Origin: Alphaproteobacteria bacterium
Lineage (GTDB): Bacteria; Pseudomonadota; Alphaproteobacteria; SHVP01
Assembly (NCBI GenBank): GCA_947473325.1
Contig: CANJEJ010000002.1
Location: forward strand, 29,359 to 93,358
DNA length: 64,000 bases
Direction: 5' to 3'
This document shows positions 46,574 through 54,704 of the stretch, one piece after another. How positions within the stretch are numbered: the stretch's first letter is position 1; each line of letters starts with the position of its first letter. Below the pieces are notes generated by a model. That model saw only the letters and a list, made by a program, of their open reading frames with translations, did not search any database and was not told the origin of the DNA. Made by a program: the position numbers and the translations under genes.

Positions 46574-48112
46574 ATGCTCGACGCCACGCCGCTCTTCCGC
46601 CTTTACGCGAAGTGGCGGCTCGCCCGGATCGACCGTCTTGATCCCATCGCGGCGCAGGAACGCACGCTGTCCCATCTGCTCCGCCTCGCGGCGAACACAG
46701 CCTTCGGCCAGGCCCATGACTTTGCGCATCTGCGCACGGTCGGCGAATACCAGCGCGCAGTGCCGCTGCGGCGCTATGACGACTTCTGGCGGGACTGGTG
46801 GCAACCGCGCTTCCCTCAGCTTACGGACTGCACCTGGCCGGGCACGATTCCCTATTTTGCGCTGTCCTCCGGCACCAGCACCGGCATCACCAAATACATC
46901 CCGCTGTCGCGTGCGATGATGCGCAGCAACCAGCGCGCCGGCATCGACCTGCTCGCGCATTTCATGCGCGACCAGCCCGACAGCGGTCTGTTCGCCGGGC
47001 GCAGCTTCATGCTGGGCGGCAGCACCGACGTGGTGCCGCTGGCGCCCGGCATCTTCAGCGGCGATCTCAGCGGCATCGCGGTGAAGGAAATGCCCCGCTG
47101 GGCCCGCTCGCGCAGCTTTCCGCCGGCCGATCTCGCCCTGATCGCCGACTGGGAGGAAAAGGTGGCGAAGCTCGCGCCCGCCGCGCTCAAGGCCGACCTG
47201 CGCCTCATCGGCGGCACACCGAGCTGGCTGCTGATCTTCTTCGACCGCCTCGCCGCGCTTCGGCCGGACAGCCAGGGCCAGCTCGGCGCGTTGTTTCCCG
47301 ACCTCGAACTGCTCATTCATGGCGGCGTCAACTTCGCGCCCTACCGCCAGCGCTTTGCCGAACTGCTCGCCGGCAGCCAGGCAGAGACGCGCGAGGTCTA
47401 TCCCGCCAGCGAAGGCTTCATCGCCTTTGCCGACCGGCCGGGCGAGACGGGCCTGCGCCTGACCCTCGACACCGGCCTGTTCTACGAATTCGTGCCGCTC
47501 GCCGAACTCGACAGCCCCAACCCGACCCGCCACTGGCTGGCGACGGTGGAAACGGGCATCGACTACGCCATCGTCGTCACCACCTGCGCCGGGCTGTGGT
47601 CCTATGTCGTCGGCGACACGGTGCGCTTCGTCGAGACGCGGCCGCCGCGCCTGATCGTTACCGGCCGCACCTCCTACATGCTGTCGGCCTTTGGCGAGCA
47701 TGTGATCGACCTCGAGGTCGAGCAGGCGGTGGCGGTGGCGGCCAGCGCGATTGGCGCGGCAGTGACCGATTTCTCGGTCGGCGCGCTGTTCCCCGCCAAG
47801 GCAGGCGAACTCGGCGGCCATCTATATGTGGTGGAGTTTGCCGGTGGGGTACCGGATGACGTGGCGCAGGCCCGTTTCACCGCCGCGCTGGATGCCAGCC
47901 TGCAAGCCGCCAACGACGACTATCGCGCCCACCGCAGTGGCGGTTTCGGGCTGCGCGCGCCGACGTTGCTGCCGATGCTGCCGGGCGGCTTCGCCGCCTG
48001 GATGAAGCAGCGGGGCAAGCTTGGCGGCCAGAACAAGGTGCCGCGCATCGTCGCCGGCGCGGCGCTGTTTGCCGACTTGCGCGCCTTCGCCGCGCGCTTC
48101 CAGCAAGGCTGA
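46574..48112 (+). CDS. GH3-family acyl-acid amido synthetase (adenylate-forming, auxin-responsive GH3-like)
   Basis: 512 aa. SSGTSTGITKYIP adenylation motif and YxSSE-type motifs characteristic of GH3 proteins. Begins 7 nt after the acylase stop. Confidence 0.8.
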   Translation: MLDATPLFRLYAKWRLARIDRLDPIAAQERTLSHLLRLAANTAFGQAHDFAHLRTVGEYQRAVPLRRYDDFWRDWWQPRFPQLTDCTWPGTIPYFALSSGTSTGITKYIPLSRAMMRSNQRAGIDLLAHFMRDQPDSGLFAGRSFMLGGSTDVVPLAPGIFSGDLSGIAVKEMPRWARSRSFPPADLALIADWEEKVAKLAPAALKADLRLIGGTPSWLLIFFDRLAALRPDSQGQLGALFPDLELLIHGGVNFAPYRQRFAELLAGSQAETREVYPASEGFIAFADRPGETGLRLTLDTGLFYEFVPLAELDSPNPTRHWLATVETGIDYAIVVTTCAGLWSYVVGDTVRFVETRPPRLIVTGRTSYMLSAFGEHVIDLEVEQAVAVAASAIGAAVTDFSVGALFPAKAGELGGHLYVVEFAGGVPDDVAQARFTAALDASLQAANDDYRAHRSGGFGLRAPTLLPMLPGGFAAWMKQRGKLGGQNKVPRIVAGAALFADLRAFAARFQQG

Positions 48113-48384
48113 CTCCGACGTCCAGGATGTGCGTCAGATCACGCGGCGGAAATTTTTATCCCCGTGGGGTCACTTTTCTATTGCATGGGGGGGCAACAGG
48201 TCTTATTTCGCGAACCTGTCGGACGTCACGGATCGTGGCTTCCGGCGTCGGCGGGTGAAGAGCCCGCTCCTAGGACCCGGCCCATCCTTCGATTTGGGAC
48301 CGGCACACTTGAAAACGGTGGTCACTCCGTTCAGTGGCCAGTTTTGGTGCGTCGTGTCCCGGCGCGTATCTGGAGGATGAAGGA

Positions 48385-48780
48385 ATGCTGTCTTTGGCAC
48401 AGTCGCCGGAGCCGTTGGTCGCTGACATCGGTCTGCACGTCATTGGTGACTTCCAGGACGTCGACCCAAGGGTCCTCGCGGACGAGAAATTCCTCATGAA
48501 GGCCCTGGACGAGGCGCTGCGCGACGCACGCTTCACCATCCTGGGCGAGAAGAGCATCAAGTTCCCGGGCGAAGAGTCGGGCGTGACCGGCATCATCATC
48601 CTGTCGGAATCGCACGCCGCCTTCCACAGCTACCCGGAATACGGCTACATCGCCGTCGATGTCTTTTCCTGCGGCGACACCAGCCCGGAAGCGGTGGTCG
48701 ACGGGTTCGCCCGCCGGCTGCGTGCCGGCACGGTGAACAAGCGAATCATGGAGCGCGGCAAGGACGTCCGCCGCTTCTGA
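48385..48780 (+). CDS. speD: S-adenosylmethionine decarboxylase proenzyme, pyruvoyl-dependent class 1b
   Basis: ORF 48334..48780 trimmed to Met 18 after a GGAGGA SD. GVTGIIILSESHAAFHSYPEYGYIAVDVFSCGD closely matches the B. subtilis SpeD self-cleavage/active-site region (ISESH...HSFPEHGY...DVYTCGD). Confidence 0.85.
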   Translation: MLSLAQSPEPLVADIGLHVIGDFQDVDPRVLADEKFLMKALDEALRDARFTILGEKSIKFPGEESGVTGIIILSESHAAFHSYPEYGYIAVDVFSCGDTSPEAVVDGFARRLRAGTVNKRIMERGKDVRRF

Positions 48781-48787
48781 TGTTTCA

Positions 48788-48820
48788 AGGGCCCGGCCGA
48801 AAGGCCGGGCCTTTCTGCAA
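48788..48820 (+). terminator. rho-independent terminator after speD
   Basis: GGCCCGGCC-GAAA-GGCCGGGCC stem-loop followed by TTTCTGC. Confidence 0.6.
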
Positions 48821-48913
48821 CCGCGGGTCGCTTTCCCGGGTTGAAGGACCTGAACCGGACAGGTGTTGCGCCGCTCCTTGTGACGGTGCCCGAAATCCCG
48901 GCCGTACAACCGC

Positions 48914-50269
48914 ATGACCGATGTGACCGACGCCCAAGCCCCCGCTCTGCCCGCCGGCCAGCGTATTGCCGTGATCGGCGCGGGCGTGGCTGGCCTGGCC
49001 GCCGCCTGGCTGCTGTCGAAGCGCCACCAGGTCACGTTGTTCGAGGCGAATGGCTATGCCGGCGGTCACAGCAACACGGTCGAGGCCGAGGTCAGGGGCC
49101 GCCGCGTCGTCGTCGACACCGGCTTCATCGTCTTCAACGACATCAACTACCCGAACCTGCTGCACCTGTTCGACCGGCTGCAGGTGCCGAGCGAGCCGTC
49201 GAACATGTCCTTCGCACTGTCGCTCGACGAAGGCCGCTTTGAATATGCGAGCAGCCTGCCCTTCGCGCCCTTCGCGCAAGCCTCCAATCTGCTGCGCCCG
49301 CACTTCCTGCGCATGCTGTGGGAAATCCCGCGCTTCTACCGCGAGGCGCTGGCCCTGCAGCGCCGCGGCGTACCCGGCGACCTCACCATCGGCGACCTGC
49401 TGACGCGCAGCGGCTATTCCGACACCTATCGCCTGTATCACCTGCTGCCGATGGCGGCGGCGATCTGGTCGACGCCGGTCGACCGCATCGGCGAATTTCC
49501 CGCCGACGAGTTCATCCGCTTCTATGACGAGCACGGCCTGCTGCGCTTCACCCGGCGGCCGCGCTGGCGCACCGTCACCGGCGGCAGCCGCGAATATGTC
49601 CGCCGCGTGCTGGCCGATTTCGGCGGCACGCTGATGCTGAATGCGCCGGTGGCGAAGATCGTCCGTGCCGCCAATGTCGTCACCCTGCACCTCAGGAATG
49701 GCGCGCAGGCGCAGTTCGACCAGGTGGTCTGCGCCAGCCATGCCGATCAGACGCTGCGCATGCTCGAAGCGCCCAGCGCGGGGGAGCGCGAGGCACTGGG
49801 GTCCTTCGCCTATGCGTCCAGCCACGCCATCCTCCACAGCGACACGCGCCTGATGCCGAAGCGCCACGCGGCGTGGTCGAGCTGGAATTTTGAAGCGCGG
49901 CGCGACCAACCGGCCGGGCGCGGCGTCGCGCTCACCTACTGGATGAACCAGCTGCAGAACCTCGATCCGGCGCATCCGCTGTTCGTCTCGCTCAACCCGT
50001 GGCACGACCCCGCCCCCGAAAGTGTGATCGCTGCCTTCGACTACGAGCATCCCGTGTATACATTGGCCGCGCCGCGGGCCCAGAAGGCGCTGCCGGCGCT
50101 GCAGGGCGTCAACCGCACATGGTTCTGCGGCAGCTATTGCGGGTATGGTTTCCATGAAGACGCCTTCAAGTCGGGTCTCGCCGTGGCGGAAAAATTGGGT
50201 GCAAGCGTGCCGTGGGGCGGCGTGCTGAACGTGACGGGGAAACCCGTCGTGGTTCGGCCGGCGGCTTGA
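48914..50269 (+). CDS. NAD/FAD-binding oxidoreductase (amine-oxidase/phytoene-desaturase-like flavoprotein of the cfa-like cluster)
   Basis: 451 aa. N-terminal IAVIGAGVAGLAAA dinucleotide-binding motif. Conserved neighbourhood with DUF1365 and CFA-synthase-like genes. Confidence 0.8.
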   Translation: MTDVTDAQAPALPAGQRIAVIGAGVAGLAAAWLLSKRHQVTLFEANGYAGGHSNTVEAEVRGRRVVVDTGFIVFNDINYPNLLHLFDRLQVPSEPSNMSFALSLDEGRFEYASSLPFAPFAQASNLLRPHFLRMLWEIPRFYREALALQRRGVPGDLTIGDLLTRSGYSDTYRLYHLLPMAAAIWSTPVDRIGEFPADEFIRFYDEHGLLRFTRRPRWRTVTGGSREYVRRVLADFGGTLMLNAPVAKIVRAANVVTLHLRNGAQAQFDQVVCASHADQTLRMLEAPSAGEREALGSFAYASSHAILHSDTRLMPKRHAAWSSWNFEARRDQPAGRGVALTYWMNQLQNLDPAHPLFVSLNPWHDPAPESVIAAFDYEHPVYTLAAPRAQKALPALQGVNRTWFCGSYCGYGFHEDAFKSGLAVAEKLGASVPWGGVLNVTGKPVVVRPAA

Positions 50270-51102
50270 TGCGCTCCGCGCTCTACACCGGGCGGGTCAT
50301 GCACTTGCGTCTGCGGCCGGTGCGGCACCAGTTCCACTACCGCATCTTCACGCTGCTGCTCGATCTCGACGAACTGCCGGTGCTCGACAAGAAGCTGCGC
50401 CTGTTCGGCCACAACCGCAGCAGCCTGTTCAGCTTCCATGACCGCGACCATGGGCCGGGTGACGGCTCCAACCTGAAGGCCTGGGCGCAGGCGCAGGTAC
50501 GGGCAGCGGGCCTCGCCGGCGACGGTGCGGTGCTGCTGCAATGCCTGCCGCGCATGCTCGGCTATGTCTTCAACCCGCTCAGCGTCTATTACTGCTACGA
50601 CCGCCATGGCCGGCTCGAGGCGCTGCTGCACCAGGTCAGCAACACCTTCGGCGAACGCCACAGCTACCTTCTGCCGGTCACGGCCCGCGATGATCGCGGC
50701 GTGGTTGCCCAGTCGGTCGACAAGGCGCTCTTCGTCTCGCCCTTCAACGGCATGGATCACCGCTATCACTTCCAGGTGCGCGACCCCGACGATCGCCTGT
50801 CGGTTGTCATCCGGCAGACTGACGCGCAGGGAAACCTGTTGTTTGCCACCGTCACCGGCAACCGCCAGGTGTTGTCCGACCGGGTGCTTTTCGCTCGTTT
50901 TCTGGCCTTTCCGGCCATGACCCTGACGGTTCTGGCGGCCATTCACTGGCATGCGCTGCGCCTTTGGATCAAAGGCGTGCCGCTGGCGAAAAAGCCCCCC
51001 GCGCCACAGGAAGCTGTTTCGATTCAAGGTCTTGTTGCCCAGAAGCCCGGTTTTGACGACACTGCGCCCGCCCGGCCGGTCATCCAGTCGGCCCGCGTCT
51101 GA
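50269..51102 (+). CDS. DUF1365-family protein
   Basis: ORF 50212..51102 trimmed to Met 20 (MRSALYTGRVMHLRLRP...), the typical DUF1365 N-terminus. ATGA overlap with the upstream gene. Confidence 0.75.
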   Translation: MRSALYTGRVMHLRLRPVRHQFHYRIFTLLLDLDELPVLDKKLRLFGHNRSSLFSFHDRDHGPGDGSNLKAWAQAQVRAAGLAGDGAVLLQCLPRMLGYVFNPLSVYYCYDRHGRLEALLHQVSNTFGERHSYLLPVTARDDRGVVAQSVDKALFVSPFNGMDHRYHFQVRDPDDRLSVVIRQTDAQGNLLFATVTGNRQVLSDRVLFARFLAFPAMTLTVLAAIHWHALRLWIKGVPLAKKPPAPQEAVSIQGLVAQKPGFDDTAPARPVIQSARV

Positions 51103-51142
51103 GTATCTGAACAAAGCCCACTGCGAGACAAAATAGCCCGCC

Positions 51143-52390
51143 ATGGTTGACCTCCGATCGCGCTCCGAGACTGCGGACCCGCTTGCCCTGCTCGACCACG
51201 CAGCCAAGGGCGACAGCGGCATTCCGCTGCTCTTGCGGCCCTTCGTGCGCAGTTTCCGCCGCCGCTTCCGCGTCGGACGCCTCGTCTACCAGCTGCCCGG
51301 CGGCTACAGCGGCGCCATCCAGGGCGACATGCCGGGCCCGGAGGCGGGCCTTGTGCTGCACAGCTGGCGCGCCATCCGCCGCCTCATTACCGGCAGCGGC
51401 CTCGGTTTCGCCGAAGCCTATCTCGACGGTGAATGGGACACGCCCGACCTCGCCACCTTCATCGAGCTGATGAGCCTCAACCGCGTCGCCTCGGAACAGG
51501 TGACGGGTCATGCCTGGAAGCGCTGGCTCGGCCGGCTGCGCCATGGCCGGCGCCGCAACACGGTGGACGGCAGCCGCCGCAACATCGCCGCGCATTACGA
51601 CCTCGGCAACGAATTCTATGCCACCTGGCTCGATCCCAGCATGACCTACTCCTCGGCGGTCTATGCGCCGGGCATGGCAAGGCTGGAAGATGCGCAGCGC
51701 GTCAAGTATGCCCGCCTGCTCGGCTTGCTCGGCGCCAGGCCGGGCGACCACATCCTGGAAATCGGCTGCGGCTGGGGCGGTTTCGCCCAATACGCCGCCG
51801 AACAGGGTATGCACGTCACCGGCATCACCATCTCGCAGGCCCAGCACGACTACGCGGTGCAGCGCATCCGCAACGCCGGGCTCAGCGACAAGGTGGAAAT
51901 CCGTCTCTGCGACTATCGCAAGGTCGAGGGCCAGTTCGACCATGTCGTCTCGATCGAAATGATCGAGGCGGTGGGCGAGGCCTTCTGGCCGACCTATTTC
52001 CACAAGATCGCCGAATGCGTGCGCTCGGGCGGCCGCATCGCCATCCAGGCGATCACCGTCAGCGACGAAGCCTTCGAAAGCTATCGCCGCCGCGCCGATT
52101 TCATCCAGACATACATCTTCCCGGGCGGCATGCTGCCGTGTCGCGCCGCGCTGCGGCGGGAAACGGAAAAGTTCGGCCTGCGCTGGCTGGGCGACGACGG
52201 CTTCGCGCTCGACTATGCGAAGACGCTGGAAGAATGGCGCCAGTCGTTCCTGGCCAACTGGGCGCGCATCGCGCCACTCGGCTTCGACGAACGCTTCCGC
52301 CGCATCTGGACGTTCTATCTCGCCGGCTGCGAAGGCTCATTCCGCGCCCGCAGCATCGACGTGCTGCAGATCACATTGCAGCGCGCCTAG
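51143..52390 (+). CDS. cyclopropane-fatty-acyl-phospholipid-synthase-family SAM-dependent methyltransferase
   Basis: 415 aa. ILEIGCGWGGFA SAM-binding motif and CFA-synthase-family C-terminal motifs (YLAGCEGSF). Confidence 0.85.
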   Translation: MVDLRSRSETADPLALLDHAAKGDSGIPLLLRPFVRSFRRRFRVGRLVYQLPGGYSGAIQGDMPGPEAGLVLHSWRAIRRLITGSGLGFAEAYLDGEWDTPDLATFIELMSLNRVASEQVTGHAWKRWLGRLRHGRRRNTVDGSRRNIAAHYDLGNEFYATWLDPSMTYSSAVYAPGMARLEDAQRVKYARLLGLLGARPGDHILEIGCGWGGFAQYAAEQGMHVTGITISQAQHDYAVQRIRNAGLSDKVEIRLCDYRKVEGQFDHVVSIEMIEAVGEAFWPTYFHKIAECVRSGGRIAIQAITVSDEAFESYRRRADFIQTYIFPGGMLPCRAALRRETEKFGLRWLGDDGFALDYAKTLEEWRQSFLANWARIAPLGFDERFRRIWTFYLAGCEGSFRARSIDVLQITLQRA

Positions 52391-52518
52391 CGCGCTGCAT
52401 CAGCCAAGACACAGCACACCTAGCGCGCTGGACCGGCCAGGACACAGCGCGCCTAGCGCGCTGCATCAGCCAAGACACAGCACACCTAGCGCGCTGGACC
52501 GGCCAGGACGCAGCGCGC
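52387..52518. repeat. tandem array of four 33-bp units (two alternating variants: CTAGCGCGCTGCATCAGCCAAGACACAGCACAC / CTAGCGCGCTGGACCGGCCAGGACACAGCGCGC) with GC-rich hairpins at unit junctions
   Basis: Read directly. The array begins inside the TAG stop codon of the CFA-synthase-like gene and fills the convergent intergenic region up to the SDR gene stop (52523). Junctions CAGCGCGC-CTA-GCGCGCTG form perfect 8-bp stems. Confidence 0.85.
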
Positions 52519-52522
52519 GTGG

Positions 52523-53299
52523 TCACCGCTGCCCGCGCGTGATGCGCTCGGTGATCGGAAGGTAGAGCGCGTAAGGCAACAGCCGCATCAGCTTCATGAG
52601 CCAGGTGAACCGCTTCGGGAAGGTGATCTCGAAGCGATCCGTCAGCAGGCCCTCGTAGAGCTGCCGTCCCGCCTTTTCCACCGGCATCAGGAAGGGCATG
52701 GGGAAAGTGTTCTTGTCGGTCAGCGGCGTGCGCACGAAGCCGGGATTGACCAGCTGCAGCTTGACCCCGTGGCGCTTCAACTCGATGTGCAGCGCCTCGC
52801 TCATGTTGATCAGCGCCGCCTTGCTGGCGCCATAGGCCGACGCCGTCGGCAGGCCGCGGTATCCAGCGACCGATGACACGACGACGACATGGCCGCGCCT
52901 CTGCGCGATGAAGCGCGGAACCACCGCCTCCAGCGCATGCACCGTGCCCATCACGTTTGTGTCCAGCAGCTTGCGGAACGGTGAGGACGAGAAGGTCTCC
53001 GCCTTCATCGGCACATGCGTGCCGGCGCAGGCGACCATCAGGTCGAGATCGCCCAGGAGGCGCATGGCTTCCTCGCCGACGCGCAGCGTGGCATCCCGGT
53101 CGGCGACGTCGAGCGGCAGGGAGATGACCTTGCCGGGCAGGTCCTTTGCCTCGGCCTCCAGCGATTGCAGGGAGTCGATCGCGCGCCCGCTCACCGCCAC
53201 ATGGGCGCCGCGGCGTACGAGCTCGAGCACCAGCGCCCGGCCGATGCCGGTGCTGCCGCCGGTGATCCAGGCGGTGCGAAAAGGGGTGGAATTTGACAT
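52523..53299 (-). CDS. SDR-family NAD(P)-dependent oxidoreductase
   Basis: 258 aa. TGGSTGIGRA motif. YxxxK (YGASK). Confidence 0.85.
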   Translation of the reverse strand: MSNSTPFRTAWITGGSTGIGRALVLELVRRGAHVAVSGRAIDSLQSLEAEAKDLPGKVISLPLDVADRDATLRVGEEAMRLLGDLDLMVACAGTHVPMKAETFSSSPFRKLLDTNVMGTVHALEAVVPRFIAQRRGHVVVVSSVAGYRGLPTASAYGASKAALINMSEALHIELKRHGVKLQLVNPGFVRTPLTDKNTFPMPFLMPVEKAGRQLYEGLLTDRFEITFPKRFTWLMKLMRLLPYALYLPITERITRGQR

Positions 53300-53418
53300 G
53301 AGGGGGGTACGGTCTGGGCGGTGAAAGGCGATAGCCTAAAGGTGATGGAACAGCTTGAACAGCCAGCCGTTTTTACCTCTGTTCGACCCCTCCCCAGTTG
53401 ACGTGGTAGACTGCCGCC

Positions 53419-54126
53419 ATGACCAAGCCGTTTGTTTCTGCCGCCCTTCGCGCCCGCCGCTGGGCGGTTCCGCTGGTGATGGCGCTGTTTGTGGCGACGG
53501 CCGGGCTTCCGGCGCAGGCGCAGTCCACGCTGCCGTATGGCGGGCTCCTGTCCTTTTCGGTCTTCCGCGGCGCCAGCCCGATCGGGGAACACCGCTTCGC
53601 CTTCGAACAGGTCGGCAATCAGCTGCATGTCCGCATCAATGTCGAACTGCAGGTGAAACTCGGCTTCATCACCGTCTTCCGCTACAGCCACGAAAATCAC
53701 GAGGTCTGGGAAGACGGCAAGCTGGTCGCCATCGACACGAAGACGAATGACGACGGCAAGCCGTTCGAGGTCAGCGCCCGCCGTGTCGGCACCGCACTGG
53801 AAGTGCAGACCCTCGCGGGCCGCGCCACGCTGCCGGGCGACCTGATGCCGTCCAGTTACTGGCATCCCGACACGCCGAAGCACACCCGCTTCCTCGACAC
53901 CCAGCGCGGCGTCCTGCTCAACCTGGACTTCGCGCCCGGCGGCACCGAGGTTGTCGCCATCAGCGATGGCCAGCGCATTCCCGCGCGGCGCTACGACGTG
54001 ACGGGCGATCTCAAGGTCACCGCCTGGTACGCCCAGAACGGTGGCGCCTGGGGCAAGCTGTCCTTCCCGGCGCGCGGCAGCGAGATCGAATATGTGATGG
54101 CGGCCGGCGAGCCCCGGGTGCCGTAG
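53419..54126 (+). CDS. secreted protein of unknown function (signal peptide)
   Basis: 235 aa. N-terminal signal (AVPLVMALFVATAGLPAQAQS). No recognised catalytic motif. Confidence 0.5.
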   Translation: MTKPFVSAALRARRWAVPLVMALFVATAGLPAQAQSTLPYGGLLSFSVFRGASPIGEHRFAFEQVGNQLHVRINVELQVKLGFITVFRYSHENHEVWEDGKLVAIDTKTNDDGKPFEVSARRVGTALEVQTLAGRATLPGDLMPSSYWHPDTPKHTRFLDTQRGVLLNLDFAPGGTEVVAISDGQRIPARRYDVTGDLKVTAWYAQNGGAWGKLSFPARGSEIEYVMAAGEPRVP

Positions 54127-54133
54127 CGCCGGC

Positions 54134-54667
54134 CTATTTCGCTGCGGGGCGCTGAATGAACAGCGTGATCTCGCCCACGCCGACCCCGAACTTGCTCAGC
54201 GCCGCGCGGTTGATGGCGACACCGCCCGGCTGCAGGAACAGCCAGTCATCCACATCGACCGTCAGGGTGCCCTCGCCGCGCGGAATCTCCAGCGGATAGC
54301 GCAGGTTGAACGTGTTGCCGGCGATCGTGCCGATGGCAACGCCCGGCACGTCGGCGGCGCGGCCCTCATAGGTGGCGGGGCCGGTCTTCACCAGGCTCCA
54401 CTGGCGCTTCTGCGTGCGGCCGGAGTCATAGACGAAGTCCTCGTCCAGGATCAGCGCCTGGCCGTCCCAGCGGCCGTTCAGCTCAACCGTGAACTGGCTG
54501 AGCACGCCGCCGAAGCGATCCTCGATCATGCCCCAGCCGCGCGTCGGCCCGGCGAAGAACTGCTCCGGCAGCAGGCGCGGTTCCTTGCCGGCAAAGTCGG
54601 CGGGTTCCCGGCCGGCGCAGGCGACGGCAAAGGGAATCAGGGCGAGCAGCAGAAGGTGTCGGATCAT
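54134..54667 (-). CDS. lipoprotein of unknown function (DUF3833-like)
   Basis: 177 aa. Lipobox AVAC. This family commonly neighbours cfa-like clusters (recollection, not verified). Confidence 0.5.
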   Translation of the reverse strand: MIRHLLLLALIPFAVACAGREPADFAGKEPRLLPEQFFAGPTRGWGMIEDRFGGVLSQFTVELNGRWDGQALILDEDFVYDSGRTQKRQWSLVKTGPATYEGRAADVPGVAIGTIAGNTFNLRYPLEIPRGEGTLTVDVDDWLFLQPGGVAINRAALSKFGVGVGEITLFIQRPAAK

Positions 54668-54704
54668 CTTCGATTAACCTCTGGATACCGGGCCGCGTTC
54701 CCGC

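Noticed and set aside
48113-48384. SAM riboswitch in the speD leader
   Set aside because: There is no recognisable SAM-I or SAM-II conserved core or pseudoknot pattern, only generic GC hairpins.
48821-48913. Sigma-E (RpoE/ChrR)-type promoter upstream of the cfa-like cluster
   Set aside because: I could not find a convincing TGATCC-type -35 with appropriate spacing. The TGAACC / TTGTGA candidates have a 21-nt spacer.
7322-52518. CRISPR array interpretation of the two tandem repeat loci
   Set aside because: The repeats are directly adjacent with no unique spacers, there are only 3-4 copies, and there are no cas genes. They are REP/terminator-like hairpin repeats.
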